Below are positions 44,052-50,115 of a DNA stretch of 50,115 nt, in pieces (within the stretch, counting starts at the first letter, position 1; every line of letters starts with the position of its first letter). The notes beneath the pieces were generated by a model. The model was not told the origin of the DNA, searched no databases, and saw only the letters and a list, made by a program, of their open reading frames with translations. Origin of the DNA: a virus. Its lineage: Duplodnaviria; Caudoviricetes. Position numbers and translations under genes: made by a program. Location: IMG/VR virus record IMGVR_UViG_3300012942_000059, positions 1-50,115 of that record. One strand, given 5' to 3'.

Positions 44052-44315
44052 CTATTCCTCGTTGAACGCGTCGGCGATTTCTTGCCAATCGACAAGATTC
44101 ATTCGCTCGCGCGCTGCGGTTTTGGAGAGCGGAGACCAATCCTCGTCGGTCTGCATGTCGGGCGTGCCGTGCGGAAATGCCTCCCGGCAAAACGACTCGG
44201 CCGTTGCGGCCGTGAAAGGCCGTTGCGCGCACATGGCGCGATAGGCCGCCTCGTCATTGTTGACGTAAAGCGCGACGTTCCAAGTCTCGTAGTTTTTCCA
44301 ACCCTGGTAGGCCAT
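44052..44315 (-). CDS. Hypothetical early phage protein (GWxNYETWNVAL family)
   Basis: RBS AGGAG; GWKNYETWNVALY...VDWQEIA. Confidence 0.75.
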   Translation of the reverse strand: MAYQGWKNYETWNVALYVNNDEAAYRAMCAQRPFTAATAESFCREAFPHGTPDMQTDEDWSPLSKTAARERMNLVDWQEIADAFNEE

Positions 44316-44370
44316 GGTGAAAGTCTCCTGTTTCGGTTTGTCGTTGGTGTCGGTCGTCATTCGGGACGCG

Positions 44371-44682
44371 CTAGGCGCGGCCTTCAGCTTTGGCGATCGC
44401 GGCGAGAACCATCGCTCGGCCCTTTTTCACATTGTCGCGCCATTCCTGCGTTGCGCCGTAGGGCTGCGGCGCGGCGATGAATTTCAGCGCGGCGAGCATG
44501 TCAGGCGCTGCGGCCAAAAGGTTTGCGTAGGGCTCGGTGAGATTTCCGAGCGCGGAAACCCTACAAACGATAGAGCCGCCTTCACCGCCGAAATCTTCGT
44601 ATATGTCGAACGGGTTGCACGACACGCCGTTTGGCGCTTTGCGCGTGAATTTGCGGCGCAGTACGTAATCGAGATTGAACAT
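44371..44682 (-). CDS. Hypothetical early protein
   Basis: ANLLAAAPDMLAALK...AAIAKAEG motif common in phage early genes. Confidence 0.75.
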   Translation of the reverse strand: MFNLDYVLRRKFTRKAPNGVSCNPFDIYEDFGGEGGSIVCRVSALGNLTEPYANLLAAAPDMLAALKFIAAPQPYGATQEWRDNVKKGRAMVLAAIAKAEGRA

Positions 44683-44733
44683 GGTCGTCTCTCCGTTTCG
44701 GTGTTGCGTGTGTCGGTCGTCATTCCAGACGCG

Positions 44734-45060
44734 CTAGGCGCCGTAAGCGTGCTGAAACGCTGCGGACATGGCGCGGCGGATGTTTTCCGACCCGAACGCT
44801 TTTTGCACGTCCCACGTGCCGGCCGTCTCGGTCAGCTTCGCAAAATCGAGATGGCGCTGCAGTTCATCGGCGAAGCGCTTCGCTTGCGCCTTGCTATCGA
44901 AATGACGCCCGCCGGTGATGGAACATCCGCTTTCCGGATGCGTCACAATCCATTTCTTTTCGCTGCTCATTGCGCGATGGATCGCCAGCGCGCCAGCTTC
45001 GTATGCGTCGATCGCTTCGCGTTTCGCGAAGCCAGCGCGAGCGACAAAAATCTGTTTCAT
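44734..45060 (-). CDS. Hypothetical early protein
   Basis: Repeat-borne RBS; WIVTHPESG motif. Confidence 0.7.
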   Translation of the reverse strand: MKQIFVARAGFAKREAIDAYEAGALAIHRAMSSEKKWIVTHPESGCSITGGRHFDSKAQAKRFADELQRHLDFAKLTETAGTWDVQKAFGSENIRRAMSAAFQHAYGA

Positions 45061-45112
45061 GGTCGTTTTCTCCGTTTCGGTGTTGCGTGTGTCGGTCGTC
45101 ATTCAGGACGCG

Positions 45113-45424
45113 CTAGGAACGGCTTTGCCGCAATTCGGGGTGATCCGGCCACGTGGGGCAGGAGTAGCAGTCACCGCGGGCTGCGAGAGTCCCGTTTTCG
45201 CGGACGGGGAAGCGCGTGTTTTCCAGCCAATCGCGGTCGCTTGCGAACTGGACGGGGTAAACCGGCCAACCCGGCCAACGCATGTTTCCGCCGCCGGCGG
45301 CCTCGTTTGCCCATGCCGGCTTATGCTCTTTCGTGAAACGGTGGGCGTAGCGCGCCAAGGCACGGCGTTGATCGGCAGGCGACAGGTCGATTCCGAGTTT
45401 TCCGTTAGGGAAAGCGGGCGTCAT
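45113..45424 (-). CDS. Hypothetical early protein
   Basis: Repeat-borne RBS GGAG; YAHRFT.EH.PAWA..QFASDRDWLENT. Confidence 0.7.
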   Translation of the reverse strand: MTPAFPNGKLGIDLSPADQRRALARYAHRFTKEHKPAWANEAAGGGNMRWPGWPVYPVQFASDRDWLENTRFPVRENGTLAARGDCYSCPTWPDHPELRQSRS

Positions 45425-45495
45425 GGTCGTTTCTCCGTTTCGGTGTTGCGTGCGAGTATTCTGGAAACCCCGCCGGAGCGGGGAAACCGGAAGAC

Positions 45496-45672
45496 TCAGC
45501 GCGATTTGGCGATCGCAGTGAACGCGCGGCGATATTCCAGCGCCTCGCGGTAGGTATCACAGCGCACCTTGTCCAATAGATTGCCAGCGGTGTCGCGAAG
45601 GACGACTCGGAACCAGCCGTTTTCCTTCTCGAAGATGACCGTGCCGCATTGAAATTCACGAACCATGTACAT
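45496..45672 (-). CDS. Hypothetical early protein (first of the leftward operon)
   Basis: RBS GAGGGG; directly downstream of the promoter at 45709-45737. Confidence 0.65.
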   Translation of the reverse strand: MYMVREFQCGTVIFEKENGWFRVVLRDTAGNLLDKVRCDTYREALEYRRAFTAIAKSR

Positions 45673-45708
45673 TGATCTGCGCCCCTCAATTTGTATGTCG
45701 ATTTGTCT

Positions 45709-45737
45709 TTTGTATGTCGTTTTGTTCGGCACGTCAA
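45709..45737 (-). promoter_or_regulatory. Leftward early promoter with tandem TTTGTATGTCG boxes
   Basis: TTGACG-17bp-TACAAA; boxes at 45690-45700 and 45709-45719. Confidence 0.7.
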
Positions 45738-45843
45738 GCGACAAAATGAACAAAATTAGACAGCGCGTCGACGGCGCTCTATCCTGCGATGGTGATTTTA
45801 GATATAAGCGCTTGCTTATGAAACTCATTTCGGAAGCGTAACG

Positions 45844-46311
45844 ATGGCGCGAAATTCGGGACGTCTCAGTCGTCAACAGCAACGGTTTGTGGAAGTGATG
45901 GTCGAGACGGGCAACGCGACATATTCCGCGGCGAAAGCCGGCTACTCGTCGCCGCAGCCGCGCGGCTCGCAAAACATGCAAACGCCGGCAATCCAAGAAG
46001 CCGTGCGCGCCGCCCAGGTGGCGCGGCTGCATAACGATCTGTTGCCGAAAGCGCTCGGCGCCCTCGACGACGCCCTGACAAAGCCGGCGATCGCCACAAA
46101 AGACCGGATTCAAGCCGCAAAGGTCGTTATCCAGTACGCCTTTGGCGACCGGGCCGGCGGCGCGATGAAATCACCTGCGGAGATGTCGCCGGACGAGATC
46201 ACGCAGGCCCTCGAGTGGCTGAAAAGCGAGCTCGCCGATCGCGCCAGGCCAGCCGTGATCGAGGCTGAGCCGATCGACGAGAAAGCGCAGGATCCCGGCG
46301 TTTTCGACTAG
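45844..46311 (+). CDS. terS: Terminase small subunit
   Basis: LSRQQQRFV..GNATYSAAKAGYS N-terminal HTH typical of TerS; ends PGVFD. Confidence 0.85.
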   Translation: MARNSGRLSRQQQRFVEVMVETGNATYSAAKAGYSSPQPRGSQNMQTPAIQEAVRAAQVARLHNDLLPKALGALDDALTKPAIATKDRIQAAKVVIQYAFGDRAGGAMKSPAEMSPDEITQALEWLKSELADRARPAVIEAEPIDEKAQDPGVFD

Positions 46312-46593
46312 TGCGCTACCAATCCGCTACCATGCGTCAGCGCTAAGTCATTGATTTCATTGGCGTAGAAACTGTGTAAATGACGTAGTTAGCGCCACCA
46401 TGGGGCGGCTCGTCGGCCGCTCCCGGCCGGTGCCCGACCCCTGCCGATAGTCCGCGCACGTCGGCGCGAACGCCGTCGGACGCCCATACAAATTTTCACC
46501 CGAAAAATCGAACCGGACTCCCCGTCCGTAGCGGCCGCAGCGCCGAAACGGCTTGACCGGGCTGCAGACCCGCCGCGGTGCAACGCCGCCCGC

Positions 46594-46623
46594 TTGACAA
46601 ACTCCGGACAACCGCCCTACATT
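46594..46623 (+). promoter_or_regulatory. sigma70-type promoter
   Basis: TTGACA-18bp-TACATT. Confidence 0.55.
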
Positions 46624-46630
46624 CCGCATT

Positions 46631-46710
46631 GTAAAAGTCCTCCCTGGCTTTGCCGCGTGTCTGGTCGTCACGCTTGACCGCCTCAGCGATCCTCCCCGCT
46701 GAGGCGGTTT
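46631..46710 (+). ncRNA. Candidate small RNA / leader with CCUCCC anti-SD loops
   Basis: Three predicted hairpins, the first and third carrying CCTCCC at the loop; follows a promoter. Confidence 0.4.
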
Positions 46711-46767
46711 GCGTTTCGGGCGGATTGTCGGTAATGTCGCGCGACATTCCGGACGCGAGCGCGCTAG

Positions 46768-49212
46768 ATGGCTGACCCCGTAAAACCCGACATCGAATAT
46801 TCCTACACCGGGTTCCAGCAGGCGACTCAGGACAGGCCATTTCCGGGCACGCAACTTGACGCCGACCTGGCCGAATTGAAGCGCGCGTCGGACGACACGA
46901 TCGACGCGCTCTCCGATGTGCGCAGGGCCGACGGCAAGCTCAACAACAAGATCGTCACGACCGACAGCCTGGCCGACGGCGTGCTGGTCGGTATCGAGCC
47001 GCCGGAAGCGTGGGCCACCGGGACGGAGTACTTTCCACCGGCGACGGTGACGAACGGGCTCGGGATGTATCGCTGCGTCGAGCCGCACACGTCCGGCGTG
47101 TTCGCGGACGACCTGGCCGCGGGCAAGTGGGAACTGATCTTTACGCTGCAGCAAGGCCCGGCAGGCGCCGACGGCGCTGATGGAGCGGACGGCCAGGACG
47201 GAGCGCCCGGCGCCGACGGCGCCGCAGCGACGGTTGGTGTCGGTACGGTGACGACTGGCGCGGCCGGCAGCGATGCGGCCGTGACGAACTCCGGCACGTC
47301 GGCCGCCGCGGTGTTCGATTTCACCATACCGAAAGGAGCCAAGGGCGATACCGGCGCAACGGGGCCGGCAGGGGCCGACGGCGCCCCAGGCACGACGGAT
47401 TATAACGAACTCGACAACAAGCCGACTCTCGGCACCGCCGCCGCAAAGAACACGGAATTTTTTGCGACCGCCGCGCAGGGCACAAAGGCCGATGGCGCTG
47501 CGCAGAAGGCAAACAACCTTGCCGATCTCGCAAGCGCCAACACCGCGCTTGCGAATCTAGGAGCAGGCTTTAGAGGGACGCAGCTTTTCAAGGCGGCTGA
47601 TACGCCGACGTTGACGGCGATTCTTGTCGGCGCGATTGACGATGCGGCCGTCAAGAGCGGTACGACCCTCTACAACCGCATCACCTATATGCATAGCGTG
47701 CGGGATTTTGGGGCCAAAGGGGACGGCACCACGGACGACACCACGGCTTTGCAAGACGCGCTGGACAGCAACCGGGTGTGCTTCATGCCTCCCGGCAAAT
47801 ACCGCATCACCAGCCCGCTCCTTGTCGATCCGCAGCGCAACCGTGGCAACGGGTTCATCGGCCTCGGCAACCCGTCCTTCTGGCCCTATACGACGCAGAC
47901 GGGTGGCCCGGCGTGGACGACTGGCGTTAACGAGCCGATCATCTATTACGACGGCAATGCCAACGACGGGGCAGTCATAGCGGTATCCGGCGCGGCGGTC
48001 GGAACCGAGCCGGGCAACACGTTCGCGTCTGACACGATAGTCGGGTTCCGTCTTGAAAGCGTCCTGCTGGACGGAAACAACAAAGCCCTGTTCGGCCTCT
48101 ACACGGCCCGTCTCCAGAACGGCTATCTCGATCACGTGCTTGCCATGAACTGCAAGCGCGACGGCATCTATATCAACGGCTCCTATTCCGGCCACTTCAA
48201 CCGGCTTACCGGCTACAGGAACGGCCGACGCGGAGTGTCGTTCGGGGCGGCGCTACGGGACATGGCATGGACCACGCAGTACGCCTGCAACGCTATCCAC
48301 CCAACGAGTATTTGGGGCTTCGGCAACGGGACGGGCGGCGAGTTCGATGATGCAACGTCCGTTTGGTCGCGAACGGCCGGGTGCGGCATTTATTGGGGGC
48401 CGCACCGGGGCTGTACGTTAAACGGCTGGCTTGGCGAGGCGAATGACGGGGCAGGCCTCGTCTATGCCGCAGATGACAGCGGCAACGGCGCGTATGGTGG
48501 CTACACCGAACAGAATTGTTCAACAAACGTCACCGGCAGCGGTTCGGCTATATCAACCGGCCGAGCCGATCAACAGTACGGGATCATGGTCATCGGACCG
48601 GCGTCCAACACCTTCTTCGGCAACACCATCAAGAAAGCATGGGTCAACGCCGAATATATCTATATCGGCGGCACCAATCCGAGCGCGAGGGCGCGCGACG
48701 CTTTCACCCTTGATGAGATCGACGGCGCGACGGGCATAAAAGCGGCAAACGGGTTTTATTACTACATGCTCAATTGTCATGAAGACCTGGCCGACAACAT
48801 CACCGGCCAGCATCCGCTTAACGATGGATCGTGGACGCCGGTGCTCAAGGGCTCCACAACGGCCGGGTCTAACACCTATGCGGTGCAAAGCGGAGAATAC
48901 GTCTATGAAGACGGGTGGGTGACCGCGTGGTTTCGTCTTTCCTTGTCGGCAACCAGCGGCATGGCTGGCGGTCTGATAATCGACGGCCTGCCGTTCCCTT
49001 GCGCCCAATTCCAGTCTTCCATGCTCTACCCGTGCGAGATCGGGGAGTGGATATTGGCAACTTCCAAGCGGCCGACAGGATACGTGCTAAATGGCAACAG
49101 CTACATCACGTTGATGACCGATGCTTACAGCGGTAGCAGCGGTGTGGCGCTTGCGGCGAGTGACATTTCCAACAGCACCCGCCTTACAGGCGTCATACGT
49201 TACCGGGCTTAG
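46768..49212 (+). CDS. Tailspike with pectate-lyase-like beta-helix (polysaccharide depolymerase)
   Basis: Anchor paralogous to 234..1466; collagen-like GADG repeats; SVRDFGAKGDGTTDDTTALQDAL and PPGKYRI. Confidence 0.88.
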   Translation: MADPVKPDIEYSYTGFQQATQDRPFPGTQLDADLAELKRASDDTIDALSDVRRADGKLNNKIVTTDSLADGVLVGIEPPEAWATGTEYFPPATVTNGLGMYRCVEPHTSGVFADDLAAGKWELIFTLQQGPAGADGADGADGQDGAPGADGAAATVGVGTVTTGAAGSDAAVTNSGTSAAAVFDFTIPKGAKGDTGATGPAGADGAPGTTDYNELDNKPTLGTAAAKNTEFFATAAQGTKADGAAQKANNLADLASANTALANLGAGFRGTQLFKAADTPTLTAILVGAIDDAAVKSGTTLYNRITYMHSVRDFGAKGDGTTDDTTALQDALDSNRVCFMPPGKYRITSPLLVDPQRNRGNGFIGLGNPSFWPYTTQTGGPAWTTGVNEPIIYYDGNANDGAVIAVSGAAVGTEPGNTFASDTIVGFRLESVLLDGNNKALFGLYTARLQNGYLDHVLAMNCKRDGIYINGSYSGHFNRLTGYRNGRRGVSFGAALRDMAWTTQYACNAIHPTSIWGFGNGTGGEFDDATSVWSRTAGCGIYWGPHRGCTLNGWLGEANDGAGLVYAADDSGNGAYGGYTEQNCSTNVTGSGSAISTGRADQQYGIMVIGPASNTFFGNTIKKAWVNAEYIYIGGTNPSARARDAFTLDEIDGATGIKAANGFYYYMLNCHEDLADNITGQHPLNDGSWTPVLKGSTTAGSNTYAVQSGEYVYEDGWVTAWFRLSLSATSGMAGGLIIDGLPFPCAQFQSSMLYPCEIGEWILATSKRPTGYVLNGNSYITLMTDAYSGSSGVALAASDISNSTRLTGVIRYRA

Positions 49213-49853
49213 ACGGCTTCGAAATACCAGCTATTCGTCAAGCCCGCCCAAGTGTCCGCGCCCTTCTTTTCATAAAGGTCGCGGACGCCGCGGAACCCGG
49301 CCGCCAAAAGCAAATCGACGGTTCCTGACCGAGAAACATGCCAATCGACGCCGGGTCTTCCGGGGTGGCCTTCGAGTTGCGTTGAGAAGAAAGAGCGGTC
49401 GCTATTCTGGCGAATGTATTTCAGCAGTTCGACGTTTGTGCCCCTGTCCAGATGGTAGATGATGCCCAGGCAGAAGATGATGTCGAATTTGCCGAACGCC
49501 TTTGCGTAGTCGTCGGCGGTCTTTGTACGGGCGAAGCGATCGCGAATGACGGTCGCCGGCAGATTGAATTCATCCACCACGAATTGCGCCTGCCGATAGA
49601 ACGTCTCGTTTCCCTCGACGCCGACAAGTCGGGAAGGGCGGAATTTCGAAAGTTCTATCAGGTTGCCGCCCGCGTTGCAGCCGAGATCAAGGATGGATTT
49701 GCCGACGAATTCTTCGGGGCGTAGCGACTTCGACAGATAGTCTCGCCAGAGAACTTCCTTACTGCGCCCCGGACCTACTACCGTTCCATCGGGGAAGGTG
49801 ATGCGCTCCCAAAACTCGCCTAGTTCGGAAATGTCTTGTTGCATGAAGATCAA
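49209..49853 (-). CDS. Class I SAM-dependent methyltransferase (non-DNA type)
   Basis: GKSILDLGCNAGG motif I; FDIIFCLGIIYHL. Confidence 0.85.
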   Translation of the reverse strand: MIFMQQDISELGEFWERITFPDGTVVGPGRSKEVLWRDYLSKSLRPEEFVGKSILDLGCNAGGNLIELSKFRPSRLVGVEGNETFYRQAQFVVDEFNLPATVIRDRFARTKTADDYAKAFGKFDIIFCLGIIYHLDRGTNVELLKYIRQNSDRSFFSTQLEGHPGRPGVDWHVSRSGTVDLLLAAGFRGVRDLYEKKGADTWAGLTNSWYFEAV

Positions 49854-50059
49854 ATCTCAGTTGTTGTGTCGTAGCCAGGCCAAAGACTTTCACGCTCTTC
49901 CATCACGCTTCGAACGAGTGCAATGGCCTCTTCCTCCGATATGACGTGGCTTGAAATACGCAATCTGGATGCGGCTCGGATAATCTTCTCGCCATCGGGG
50001 TAGGCTGTTCCGCGAAGGCTATCGAGGGCGGCGTTCGCGGCTTTTCGTATGGACGACAT
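49850..50059 (-). CDS. Hypothetical protein
   Basis: GGAG upstream; stop overlaps the methyltransferase start; start lies within the terminal repeat. Confidence 0.55.
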   Translation of the reverse strand: MSSIRKAANAALDSLRGTAYPDGEKIIRAASRLRISSHVISEEEAIALVRSVMEERESLWPGYDTTTEI

Positions 50060-50115
50060 TTTGGGGCTCCCAAGTCCTTCCCATTTTTTGCACCAATCGC
50101 CCGACGCTTCAACCC
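49993..50115. repeat. Terminal direct repeat, right copy
   Basis: Identical to 1..123. Confidence 0.95.

Larger units (their letters stand above)
44313..45452 (-). repeat. About 60-bp intergenic repeats preceding early genes
   Basis: Copies at 44313-44375, 44680-44738, 45058-45117 and partial 45422-45452; minus-strand consensus TAGCGCGTC.GAATGACGACCGACACACGCAACACCGAAACGGAGA.ACGACCATG. Confidence 0.9.

Noticed and set aside
44313-45452. CRISPR array or integron
   Set aside because: Repeats are about 60 bp, separated by 300+ bp intact ORFs rather than spacers; no cas genes, attC-type palindromes or integron integrase.
46768-49212. Diversity-generating retroelement targeting tail proteins
   Set aside because: No reverse transcriptase and no TR/VR pair with adenine-specific mismatches seen.

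Overview
Apparently complete, circularly assembled genome (about 49,992 bp plus a 123-bp terminal duplication, 1..123 = 49993..50115) of a high-GC temperate podovirus-like phage. The host is probably an alphaproteobacterium (Rhizobiales-like): the attP is the 3' half of tRNA-Val(GAC) and there is a GapR-like gene. Modules: two receptor-binding proteins, a GH108 endolysin with spanins, TerL, portal, scaffold, capsid, adaptor, nozzle and ejection proteins. Next come attP, integrase, xis and the repressor/cro switch. A replication and DNA-modification block follows (RusA, DUF5664, DUF4406, three DNA methyltransferases, SNF2 helicase, DUF2800 nuclease, DUF2815 SSB, family A polymerase, primase-helicase with an iteron array), then a leftward array of small early genes and TerS. 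Most striking observations: (1) 13 unrelated, mostly DNA-acting proteins end in the same C-terminal peptide [G/S/D/N]-V-F-x-stop, and two more end in L-F-G-stop, with varied synonymous codons, suggesting a genome-wide C-terminal docking or degron tag. (2) The C5 methyltransferase is split over two nested reading frames, and both end in that tag. (3) A 20-bp element GTCCGGAATGRCGNNCGACA occurs about 17 times, mostly at gene junctions and in the sense orientation. (4) There is a candidate anti-Shine-Dalgarno sRNA and a structured leader with a start-stop minigene. All family assignments are from motif recognition by eye, not database searches.
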